From Candidatus Ryanbacteria bacterium RIFCSPLOWO2_12_FULL_44_26 (GTDB lineage Bacteria > Patescibacteriota > Minisyncoccia > Ryanbacterales > HO2-45-13), in the NCBI GenBank assembly GCA_001821765.1, contig MHOA01000002.1, positions 3,141 to 67,140 of the forward strand: DNA of 64,000 bases. The letters are read 5' to 3'. The translations under genes and the position numbers were made by a program. The notes under the pieces were generated by a model. That model made no database searches and was not told where the DNA came from. It saw only the letters and a list, made by a program, of their open reading frames with translations. This document shows, piece by piece, positions 36,082-44,804 of the stretch. Positions within the stretch are counted from its first letter, which is position 1. Every line of letters starts with the position of its first letter.

Positions 36082-37209
36082 TTAAAGGGCAGTAAAAATC
36101 TGCCAAACAATACCCAAGGCGAAAAGCGCCATCACAACTTGCGGAACAACTGTTCCAATGGGAATAAAGCCTTTCGGGTGTTTGTAATATTTTCGGATGT
36201 GGCGCGCTAAAGCCAATATCAAAATGCCGTTTATACCAATCATCACACCCCCAACAAGTCCGATCACGCGAATCAGGTTGCTTGCGCCAATGATAAAAAG
36301 CAAAAGCGGAACGATAAAAATCAAAAGCCATGATCGCGCTTTCCCGAATTTATAATCAATGGACAACGCATTTCTCAAATCCAAACCGAGCGCAAGATAC
36401 GACGTAAACACAGCAAGCAGCCCTATCAGGGCGCCAAGAAAAACAATGTTGCCGCCAAGAAAAGGTTTAAGCCCCGTAATCGCGTCGCTTGTTGTAGCGC
36501 CGCCGGAAACTCCCACAACAGCAAACATAAAAACAGCGTACACAACTGCCGGGATGATTGCTCCAAGAAAGACAATCTTTTCAAAAAGCCGTCCCTCTCT
36601 TTTTTTAAGCATTTCTGCAATTTCCGGTATTGCTGCCGCGCCGCTAAATGAAAAAAGAAACACTCCGTACGGCAAAAACCATTGAGCGCTGTTAATAAGC
36701 GGGACATCAGAGAAATCAATATGCGGCAGTGCAACCAAACCCAACAGGAAAACAAAAAGCAACAGAGGAATCGTGAGAATGAAGTTTATAAAGCCAACGC
36801 GCTCCAAGTCAAAAAGCAAGAAAAACGGCGCTGCAACAAAAAATAGAAGCGAGTTTATGGCAGCAGATCCAAAACCCATAAGTTGCTGGAGAAAAATACC
36901 CATCAGAAGGCCGTAAGCAAGCAAGGTGCCAAAAAACCCAAATACCATAGAAAAAGTGGCAAGTCCTCCCGCATAAGCTCCAAGACAAAGCCGCGCATAT
37001 CCGGGAAGTCTATGACGCTCCTTTATCACATAAACTACTTCGCCGTAGAGCGTATGCAGCACTGCGACAACAGAAACGCCAAGGAGAAGGTATATACTCC
37101 CCAACAAAAGCCCAGCGCGGCTGACCACATAAGGAATAGCAAACATTCCTGCTCCAACGATCATTCCCACGAGGAGCCCTAAGCTGTCAATGGCCCGGCC
37201 ATTAATCAT
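36082..37209 (-). CDS. Amino acid permease (aromatic amino acid transporter-like)
   Basis: GMIVGAGMFAIP, FSFSG...IPE, TSY; about 11 TM segments. Confidence 0.85.
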   Translation of the reverse strand: MINGRAIDSLGLLVGMIVGAGMFAIPYVVSRAGLLLGSIYLLLGVSVVAVLHTLYGEVVYVIKERHRLPGYARLCLGAYAGGLATFSMVFGFFGTLLAYGLLMGIFLQQLMGFGSAAINSLLFFVAAPFFLLFDLERVGFINFILTIPLLLFVFLLGLVALPHIDFSDVPLINSAQWFLPYGVFLFSFSGAAAIPEIAEMLKKREGRLFEKIVFLGAIIPAVVYAVFMFAVVGVSGGATTSDAITGLKPFLGGNIVFLGALIGLLAVFTSYLALGLDLRNALSIDYKFGKARSWLLIFIVPLLLFIIGASNLIRVIGLVGGVMIGINGILILALARHIRKYYKHPKGFIPIGTVVPQVVMALFALGIVWQIFTAL

Positions 37210-37787
37210 ATCTTCACCACTTTTTCCTCCTTTACAAAATCGATCAGTTGATCCAACAGTTTTTTGGGATCACTTTCAAAAACCACCTTTGGATTATCCT
37301 TTTCACGGTGAGAAGCTTTCAGAATGTCTTTTATCATAGATGTCGTGCCCCCGGAATCCAGTAAAACCCCGATGGGCTTTCCGTTCTCAAATGCCACGGT
37401 AAATTCATTAAGGGTTCCTATGCGCCCGCACCCTATGATGACTGCGTCACTGGCCCGAGTTAACAGCATATTTCTTCCTGAATAACCGTACCCTGAGTAA
37501 ATAATTGCATCCAAGTAATCAATCGGGAGCTTATATTTCTCCACGTGTTCCTTTTCTGTTTCAGCAGGAGAAATGCCCACAGTAAAACCGCCGGCGTCTT
37601 TAGCGCCAATAGCGGCCCAATATGGGAATCCGGTAGTCGCTCCGTTGAGCAATATAGCGCCTCGTAAAGCGATTTCCCTGCCCACCCGCTTTGCCTGATC
37701 AAGCGCTTTTTTGTTGCAATGCCCTGTTTCGGCGGCGCCGGAAACACAAATTTGGTACTTTAAATGTTGATGCGGTGTTGATTTCAT
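37206..37787 (-). CDS. LOG/SLOG family (TIGR00725-like) protein
   Basis: GATTG, GISPA, RN, GRIGTLNE motifs. Confidence 0.82.
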   Translation of the reverse strand: MKSTPHQHLKYQICVSGAAETGHCNKKALDQAKRVGREIALRGAILLNGATTGFPYWAAIGAKDAGGFTVGISPAETEKEHVEKYKLPIDYLDAIIYSGYGYSGRNMLLTRASDAVIIGCGRIGTLNEFTVAFENGKPIGVLLDSGGTTSMIKDILKASHREKDNPKVVFESDPKKLLDQLIDFVKEEKVVKI

Positions 37788-37915
37788 GTGCTCAAGCGTA
37801 CTGAACGCAACGAAGATTAAACTTTATAAGAGATAAATTGCCGTTTGATCTGTCGCCGCGAGGCGATAACGACAACTGCTCAATATGACCCATGCTTTAA
37901 TTTATTTATAATATA

Positions 37916-39262
37916 TCATAACTCAAACCCATCTCCTATATTAGGAGCTCTGCTTTCAATTCCGAGGTAATCTTGAATACGCTGTGAAAGAAAAAGCGCC
38001 GCATGCGGCTCTCCCTGGACAACAAATACTGTCTGAAGCGAATCCCGTGTTGCGTTTGTAAACTCCATCAGAGCATCGTGGTCCGCATGCGCGGAATAGG
38101 CTCCTATCGCACGCACATCAAGCCGTACGGGAATACGTTCACCAAAAATCTCCACCTGTTTTGCGCCGTCAAAAATCCTTCTTCCGAGAGAATTGGCGGC
38201 AAGGTAACCGACAAAAAGAATGGTATTGTTGGGGTCGGGAAGATACCGCATAGCATGATGCACAATTCTCCCGCCCTGCATCATTCCGGCCCCCGCAATA
38301 ATAATTTTAGGGGGCGGCACGTTGTTGATTGCTTTTGACTCTTCCGTCTTCAGCGTGAAATGTAAATTCGGGAAGCGAAACAAATCATCTCCTTCTTTTA
38401 TTAACTTTTTAGCGTCGTTGTTGAAATAACCGGCATATTTCTTATAAATACTTGTCGCCTTGATGGCTAAGGGACTATCCATAAAAACCGGCATGGAAGG
38501 AACTCTTCCATGTTCAACCAATTCATTTAATTCAAACAGCAGTTCTTGCGTCCTTTCCAGCGCAAACGCCGGGATCATGATCGTACCCCCGCGGTGTACC
38601 GTATCTTCTATGGCGCGCTCAAGTTTCAGCTTCCTCTGTGTTGAGCTTTCATGTAAACGGTCTCCGTAAACGGACTCAATGACAAGGTGCGTCACGCCGC
38701 GCGGCATTGCATATGACCGAAGCAGCGGACTGGGTATATTTCCAAGATCTCCCGTAAAAAGCAATTTTTTATCTCCGTACGCTATCTCCACAAGAGCAGA
38801 ACCGAGTATGTGGCCCGCTTCAGTGAACATGACATTCAACTCGCCAACACTGAATTGTTTTCCATATTCAATAACCTCCCACCTTGATATGGCCTTTTTA
38901 ATTTCATCTTCGCTGTAAAACATCTCCACTCCATGCCTGTCTGCTTCCTTTTGGAGAAGTCCCAGACTGTCTTCCAGCATTAAGACAGAAAACTCTTTGG
39001 TCGGAGCCGTGGAATAGATTTTCCCACGAAAACCTTCACGCATGAGCTTTGGAATGCGGCCAATATGATCGACATGCGCGTGTGTAATAAAAAGCGCGTC
39101 AACAGACGCTACATCATACTGAAATGCATCATAATTTTGAAGCGAACAAAACTGGGGGCATTGAAAAAGGCCGCAATCAATAAGCACATTCGTTTTCGGC
39201 GTCTCAAGAAGATAATTTGCCCCTGTTACTTCTTGAGCGCCCCCATGGAAAGAAAGTTTCAT
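37916..39262 (-). CDS. Metallo-beta-lactamase/beta-CASP ribonuclease
   Basis: THAHVDHIG, AGHILGS, TGDLG, ESVYG, YSAHAD. Confidence 0.92.
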   Translation of the reverse strand: MKLSFHGGAQEVTGANYLLETPKTNVLIDCGLFQCPQFCSLQNYDAFQYDVASVDALFITHAHVDHIGRIPKLMREGFRGKIYSTAPTKEFSVLMLEDSLGLLQKEADRHGVEMFYSEDEIKKAISRWEVIEYGKQFSVGELNVMFTEAGHILGSALVEIAYGDKKLLFTGDLGNIPSPLLRSYAMPRGVTHLVIESVYGDRLHESSTQRKLKLERAIEDTVHRGGTIMIPAFALERTQELLFELNELVEHGRVPSMPVFMDSPLAIKATSIYKKYAGYFNNDAKKLIKEGDDLFRFPNLHFTLKTEESKAINNVPPPKIIIAGAGMMQGGRIVHHAMRYLPDPNNTILFVGYLAANSLGRRIFDGAKQVEIFGERIPVRLDVRAIGAYSAHADHDALMEFTNATRDSLQTVFVVQGEPHAALFLSQRIQDYLGIESRAPNIGDGFEL

Positions 39263-39265
39263 ACG

Positions 39266-39748
39266 CTACGGGGATCGGTCTTCTTCACCATACACGTGTT
39301 CAAAATCAATTCTGATGTATTCAAACAGTTCTTCGGATTTAAAAAACCGCTTGATCTCCTCATCAGCTGTTTTTTTTGAGTCGGACGCATGTACCAGATT
39401 TGCTTGTATGCTCATTGAAAAATCTCCGCGAATACTTCCCGCGCCCGCTTCAACTCCATATGTCGGCCCCACAATGACACGGCAAGCTTGTACTGCATTA
39501 ATTCCGGACAGGACAGCGACAATCACGGGAGAGGATTTCATGGATTTTTTAAGTGATTCAAAAAAAGTCTTATCCTTATGATGGGCATAATGCTCATCAA
39601 GTATTTGATCATCCAAACGCGTCATCTTTAATCCTTCTATCTTAAGTCCTTTCCGTTCAAACCGGTGGACAATTTCTCCAAGCAAATTCCTCTGAACGGC
39701 ATCGGGCTTTATGATAATCAGCGTTCTTTCCATTTGTGGCCCGGTCAT
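39266..39748 (-). CDS. ndk: Nucleoside-diphosphate kinase
   Basis: ERTLIIIKPDAVQR, GSIRGDF, NLVHASDS. Confidence 0.96.
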   Translation of the reverse strand: MTGPQMERTLIIIKPDAVQRNLLGEIVHRFERKGLKIEGLKMTRLDDQILDEHYAHHKDKTFFESLKKSMKSSPVIVAVLSGINAVQACRVIVGPTYGVEAGAGSIRGDFSMSIQANLVHASDSKKTADEEIKRFFKSEELFEYIRIDFEHVYGEEDRSP

Positions 39749-39771
39749 ATGAAAAAAGTATAAACATTTTT

Positions 39772-40620
39772 TTACTGCCTGACAACCAAAAACGCATTTC
39801 CATCGCTCACGAGGGTAATGGTTCCTTCTTGATCCGTACGCCGTACCTCCGCGCCTGCCGCTCTCAGCCGCTCTATCGCATCCGCGTGAGGATGGCCGTA
39901 ACGATTAACCCCAGATGAGATAATAGCAAGCTGGGGACTTACCCTTTCAAGAAAAAGCGCGGTTGAGGAGTTCTTCGATCCATGATGAGAAACTTTTAAC
40001 ACGTCGCTTTCGAGATCCGCATTGCTTGAAGCCAAATTAATCTCATCTATTTTTTCTGCGTCTCCCGTAAGTATAAGAGATGCATCGCGGAAATGGAGTT
40101 TTCCTATTAGCATAATTTCATTTAAGTTGTCGGATTCACGACCTTTCTCGTAGGGGGCGTAGATGTCCATATACACTTCGTCATCTAAATGGATACGCAT
40201 ACCGGCTGCTGCTTCAACGTTTTTCATGTCCAAACCGCCCATAACCCTCTCCAGCTCCCTATACGAAGCGGATGTTCCAACTGCTCCCGGATGAATAAAC
40301 ATCTCAACATCATACTTTTTCAAAACCGGGATGAGGCCGGTTAAATGGTCATCCTGTGGGTGCGTCAGCGCTACTATGTCAATGGATGTATCATAATATG
40401 GCATCACATCACCGAGGCGCGATAAAATCATATCAGTCGGCCCGCCGTCAATAAGCATCTGGTTTCCGGACGGAGTTTCAATAAAAATCGCATCCCCCTG
40501 TCCCACATCCAAAAAATACACCTTCAGCAAACCATCGCGTTGCCCCTCAAGCGCCACTGACCAGATAAAAACCGCAGCGGTGCCGAGGAGAACGAGCATA
40601 GCTTTTTTCCAAAAGGGCAT
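39772..40620 (-). CDS. ComEC/Rec2-type MBL-fold hydrolase
   Basis: FLDVGQGDA, THPQDDH, TGDAE, KVSHHGS, YGHPH. Confidence 0.9.
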   Translation of the reverse strand: MPFWKKAMLVLLGTAAVFIWSVALEGQRDGLLKVYFLDVGQGDAIFIETPSGNQMLIDGGPTDMILSRLGDVMPYYDTSIDIVALTHPQDDHLTGLIPVLKKYDVEMFIHPGAVGTSASYRELERVMGGLDMKNVEAAAGMRIHLDDEVYMDIYAPYEKGRESDNLNEIMLIGKLHFRDASLILTGDAEKIDEINLASSNADLESDVLKVSHHGSKNSSTALFLERVSPQLAIISSGVNRYGHPHADAIERLRAAGAEVRRTDQEGTITLVSDGNAFLVVRQ

Positions 40621-40646
40621 GATGTATTATGAGCGTATTTGTCGGG

Positions 40647-40681
40647 AAAATAAAGCCCGCCGCGCTGAAAGCATGACGGGC
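40647..40681 (-). terminator. Terminator of the accessory membrane operon
   Basis: gcccgtcatgct / agcgcggcgggc followed by tttatttt on the minus strand. Confidence 0.65.
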
Positions 40682-40703
40682 ATTATTGACTGATGGATGG
40701 TTC

Positions 40704-41219
40704 TTAGTAAAACCGCGGTTCTGCATACTCGTTCGCTTGGCGATGGGCATCGCTAATGTGAAACAAATGCTGAAACATCGTAAGGTGCGTCGGGTCTCCC
40801 CGTTTCACGCGAGCCCATTTGATAAGTTTTTCGCCTCTTTTCCAGCATTTCCATATTGCAGACCAGTAAAGGGCTAAGATTGGATCGGGATCAAGGTATT
40901 CTTGCCACAGTAGATATCCAACGATGTCAAAGGCGACCAATGCTCTCGCACAAGCCTCCAAGTGCTGCTTCACTTTTTCATCTGGTAGGCCAGCAATATC
41001 CTCCGGCACCGTTTCGTAGAGATATCGCCGCGCAATTCGTACTTCCTCATTTTCCAATTCGTTGAATATGGCAAATGAGATTTGGACCGTTCTGCCCTCA
41101 GCCGCTTCCTTAACTTGTTTGCGAACGTAGAGAAGGGTAACAAAGATTAACAGCGTATAGATGGTTGTTATAATCGCAAGCACTGCTTCCCAATTAATGG
41201 GCAACCATTCCCAATTCAT
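40704..41219 (-). CDS. N-terminal TM hypothetical protein (DUF4760-like)
   Basis: TM..Q, RIARR, FD.VG.L...G/E.L, W and F..L pattern recalled from DUF4760-like proteins; ATGA-coupled to the upstream gene. Confidence 0.65.
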   Translation of the reverse strand: MNWEWLPINWEAVLAIITTIYTLLIFVTLLYVRKQVKEAAEGRTVQISFAIFNELENEEVRIARRYLYETVPEDIAGLPDEKVKQHLEACARALVAFDIVGYLLWQEYLDPDPILALYWSAIWKCWKRGEKLIKWARVKRGDPTHLTMFQHLFHISDAHRQANEYAEPRFY

Positions 41220-41479
41220 TTTTTCGCCATCCATTTTTCAAAGAACAATGGATGGTCTCTATCGCCGTGGCGGGCTTCGTCTTCCAACTTTAGAGAAATG
41301 TAGAACGATACAAATCCGATTATTACGATGCCAGCGCCCGATACAACAAACGAGAGCTTCGACATCGAAAGTCCTATTGCAGTAACAGGAACGCCGGATG
41401 CAAAAAGCAGGATACACAACACCCAGAATATATTGGAGAACTTCATTCTCTCGTTGAAATTTAACCTTTCCTTCTTCAT
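41216..41479 (-). CDS. Small two-TM protein, paralog 2
   Basis: aaggag SD; C-terminal HGDRDHPLFFEKW. Confidence 0.75.
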   Translation of the reverse strand: MKKERLNFNERMKFSNIFWVLCILLFASGVPVTAIGLSMSKLSFVVSGAGIVIIGFVSFYISLKLEDEARHGDRDHPLFFEKWMAKK

Positions 41480-41493
41480 TTTATCATCTCCTT

Positions 41494-41757
41494 TCAGTTG
41501 TGTTTTTTCACCACCCACCTTTCAAAGAAAAGTGGGTGCCCACTGTCACCGTGCTTTACTTCATACCCCAACTGTAGCGAAATAGTGAGAGCAATAAAGG
41601 CAAGCGGCACACAGATAATGCCAAGAACCATAGAAGTAGTGTTCTGTGCTGCAAATCCTATCACCGCGAGTACTGCGCCAAGGAAAGGAAGGGCTACGCA
41701 AGCTACGAAGAATTTCATAGCAAGATCCGTTCTTTGACCAAACATCAGTCTTTTCAT
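41494..41757 (-). CDS. Small two-TM protein, paralog 1
   Basis: aaggag SD; C-terminal HGDSGHPLFFERW. Confidence 0.75.
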   Translation of the reverse strand: MKRLMFGQRTDLAMKFFVACVALPFLGAVLAVIGFAAQNTTSMVLGIICVPLAFIALTISLQLGYEVKHGDSGHPLFFERWVVKKHN

Positions 41758-41950
41758 CTCTTTTCTCCTTTAAAAGAAAATCCATCTCAATAATGGCATA
41801 ACATAACACAGAAGTCAAGGTTTTCGTTAGTAGGTTCAATGCTTTTCCAGCATTACAAAAACTTGACATTTTTTTATAACAGTGATATGAAAAAAGCAGA
41901 GCTGTAATGGTATAAGCTCTTTGATAACTCAAAAAAGAGGAGATACTCCA

Positions 41951-42148
41951 GTGGGACTTACCTACCTCTTGCTCCTGGACATCCTCGTTGGGGTGGTCTG
42001 CGGAGTAGTGGCGAAACGGAAAGGGATGAATCCTCTGTTCTGGTTCATCTCGGGACTGCTGTTTAACCTCTTCGTCCTTGCTTTTCTGGTTGCGATGGAC
42101 CATCCGCCAGTGAAAGTATGGGATGCGAAAGGAAAGGAACGAAAATGA
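41951..42148 (+). CDS. Small membrane protein
   Basis: gaggag SD and GTG start; A..KG.N...WF..G..F motif. Confidence 0.7.
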   Translation: MGLTYLLLLDILVGVVCGVVAKRKGMNPLFWFISGLLFNLFVLAFLVAMDHPPVKVWDAKGKERK

Positions 42149-43665
42149 AGTGGTCAGACGTTGTTGTAAAGTTGCGTCGGTTGATAAAAAACTTCCTTAG
42201 ATTTTCCGTGGCATTTCTTCTTTTCGTTCTCGGTCTTGCATTTGTTGTTTTTTCCGTCAAACTGATCATCGGCTTTGTGCTTTTTGACTGGTACGTTGAA
42301 CGTCTGGTTTCAACGTTCGCGCTGGATACCACGCTTGCCAGATGGATTGCCGCCTATGCAACGCTTACAACAATACTATTTTCCCCCATGTTTCTTTGGT
42401 GGTGGCTTGCTCGTAAAAAGGCAGAGATATTCACTACAGCATCAGTTATCTTTCTGCTCGGCGGACTCTGGCTTGTATACGGATCTCGGACAATCGTATA
42501 TCGCAGTGATACTGGAGAGCCAATGAAGTGCTATCTAAAGACCCTTGACGGGTTTAAGCTGGCAAGCAGAACTGTTGATGGAACATGCCCGTATGATCAA
42601 GAAACCGGCGTCAGGTTTAAGGAATTTGAGGGAAATAAGTCAGCGGCAATAGAATACAAGCTTTGGAGAAAAACCAGAAAGCTTGGCATTCCTGATGTTG
42701 AGTGTAACAACTACTTCGACATGCTCACTGGGAAAGGAATTGTGTGGTATGGTTTCCGGGATCCGGGCACGATCGCACTATTTTCTCTCCCCGGCTTTGA
42801 TCCGAGCACTGGAAGTGTCCTAAAAACCATCACTCCTGAAATGCTGACGTCTCTTACGTCCGGCGAATATCTCGTTATAAACGGGATTTCCGGAAAAGCT
42901 GTTTGTCCAACTGAACAAAAAGTTGAACAGAAAGCACTCGAGGAGGATCTTGAAAAAGCAACACAGTCCGTCATCGCTTTGGAATCAGAACTGCAAGAGA
43001 CAAGAAACCAACTTCAAAAAGCCCGGTCGGAAATCACTCAATTGCGGAAAGAAACTGATCAAGCCAGAAGTCAGGCTGCGGAAGCTCAAAAACAAACAGG
43101 GAAGAAAATGGACGAAGCAATGCAAAAGGCGGCTCGTGCGGATAAAATCGTCCGCGAATCGGAAAATGAAAAAACGCTTGAGAGTGAACTGCGCAAAAAC
43201 TACCTTGTCAGCGGCAATAAGCTCACCGGTTCTAAAGGTGGCGGCGGAAGATACGCATCGTTAACAATGCGGGCGCATAAGGCATTCCTTGCGCCGCCTT
43301 ACCTTGTAGTGAGCGTACTGGTAAAGTCCAATAATGATGATCCAATTCGTTTTATGCCAAAATCAGCTGAGCTCTCTACCGGCGACGATTCGATCATGAC
43401 TACAGACCATCACTTTGTACTCACTGAACTTGAACAAGACTGGAGCAATCACTACACCATTTATAAGGATCAAACGCGCATCCTTTTCTTTGTGTTTGAT
43501 CATCCCTCGGTACAAATACCGGAAAATGGGAGCATAAAAGTGAGCTTTGACGCCGAAACCGAAGTCATGAAGTTTCATATTCCTCCATTTAAGGAACAGG
43601 TTGACGATTATTTCTCAAGCGAGAGCAAATTTGTCCTCGCAAGTTCTGGCAGTGAAAACCAATGA
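42145..43665 (+). CDS. Membrane-anchored coiled-coil protein with a duplicated extracytoplasmic module
   Basis: Three TM segments, two TG..Y/W...D..TG..K repeats, a long coiled coil and a beta-rich C-terminus. Confidence 0.8.
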   Translation: MKWSDVVVKLRRLIKNFLRFSVAFLLFVLGLAFVVFSVKLIIGFVLFDWYVERLVSTFALDTTLARWIAAYATLTTILFSPMFLWWWLARKKAEIFTTASVIFLLGGLWLVYGSRTIVYRSDTGEPMKCYLKTLDGFKLASRTVDGTCPYDQETGVRFKEFEGNKSAAIEYKLWRKTRKLGIPDVECNNYFDMLTGKGIVWYGFRDPGTIALFSLPGFDPSTGSVLKTITPEMLTSLTSGEYLVINGISGKAVCPTEQKVEQKALEEDLEKATQSVIALESELQETRNQLQKARSEITQLRKETDQARSQAAEAQKQTGKKMDEAMQKAARADKIVRESENEKTLESELRKNYLVSGNKLTGSKGGGGRYASLTMRAHKAFLAPPYLVVSVLVKSNNDDPIRFMPKSAELSTGDDSIMTTDHHFVLTELEQDWSNHYTIYKDQTRILFFVFDHPSVQIPENGSIKVSFDAETEVMKFHIPPFKEQVDDYFSSESKFVLASSGSENQ

Positions 43666-43805
43666 TGGGAAGAATGTCACATGTTCCTGTCAAAGTGAGT
43701 AACATCCTCTTTTTAGAAAAGTTTTTCTCCCGATGCCATACCGCAAATGTTGTGCTATTTCTAGCCAAATCATTGTGCGGCAAGGTTCATTGAGAGTTAG
43801 TCACA

Positions 43806-43835
43806 GGTCCCCTCTGCAATGCATGGGACCTTTTA
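43806..43835 (+). terminator. Intrinsic terminator
   Basis: aggtccc / gggacct followed by ttt. Confidence 0.55.
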
Positions 43836-43890
43836 CTTAGAAATAAAACCCAATACGATCATACAAGACCTCACCTTGTACAAGTAATGA

Positions 43891-44304
43891 TCAAGCTTGC
43901 GTTACCTTTTTTCTCCCAAGTGTTGCTTTCCAATAAAGCACAGCGCCGGCTAGCCCCGCAATAATATCTCCAACAAGGTCACCAACCCAAAGATCAGGGC
44001 GGTTGTAGAAAAAATCTATAACTTCTCCATCAAATAAGAACTCCAGCACCTCAAAGAAAACAGCGAACACAAGCACTAAAAGAAGCGTTTGCAGCAATTG
44101 CAGGTTCCTTGAAAGTAAAAGAAAAACCCCCGCAAGAAACGCCCCTCCTATAACATGAAAGAATTTATCAAGCTGAAATGTGACGATAAGGTGCAGTATG
44201 GGAATAGAAGCAAAGAACTTTACAAAAACCTCCCAAGCCACAAGCATAACAAGCGCAACAACGACAAAGAGTTTTTCTTGATTCCGTTCCTTTATAAGAC
44301 TCAT
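43891..44304 (-). CDS. Hypothetical membrane protein (VanZ/DUF2238-like)
   Basis: DKFFH, FE.LEF and D...DI...LAG pattern. Confidence 0.65.
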   Translation of the reverse strand: MSLIKERNQEKLFVVVALVMLVAWEVFVKFFASIPILHLIVTFQLDKFFHVIGGAFLAGVFLLLSRNLQLLQTLLLVLVFAVFFEVLEFLFDGEVIDFFYNRPDLWVGDLVGDIIAGLAGAVLYWKATLGRKKVTQA

Positions 44305-44747
44305 AAAAGCGAGCGCTGTTTCTTTCCGTCAAGCGCCTCATTTAAAAGCCGATCGGCTTCTTTATTTTCAGAGCGCGGAACATGCATAAAAACCAGATTT
44401 TCAAAATCCATTCTTACGTTCCATATTTTAATAAACGGTTCGTGGAGATTTTTGTTTTCTACCTTGTACTTTCCTGAAAGCTGCGAGGCGACCAATTCGC
44501 TATCCATGCGCATTTCAACGCTCATCTGTCTGGTTTTCGTTTTACCAAAAAGATGTTTAAGCTTCTTAAGGGCAAAAAGGACAGCGGCGTATTCAGCCTC
44601 ATTGTTTGTTCCTTCCCCAATTACTTCAGCATACTTTTTCAGCGTTTCTCCTTTCTCATTTTGAATCACCACGCCAATGGCGCTTGGCCCGGGATTTCCC
44701 CGAGCGCCTCCGTCAGTATAAACAATGAGTTTTTCCATCTTTTTCAT
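44301..44747 (-). CDS. Ribonuclease HI family protein
   Basis: YTDGGARGNPGP, TNNEAEY, DSELV, VPRSENKEAD. Confidence 0.92.
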   Translation of the reverse strand: MKKMEKLIVYTDGGARGNPGPSAIGVVIQNEKGETLKKYAEVIGEGTNNEAEYAAVLFALKKLKHLFGKTKTRQMSVEMRMDSELVASQLSGKYKVENKNLHEPFIKIWNVRMDFENLVFMHVPRSENKEADRLLNEALDGKKQRSLL

Positions 44748-44804
44748 ATTTATTTAAAACCAAAAATCAAAAGCAAATGTTGAAATACTGTAAACCTTGC
44801 CTTT

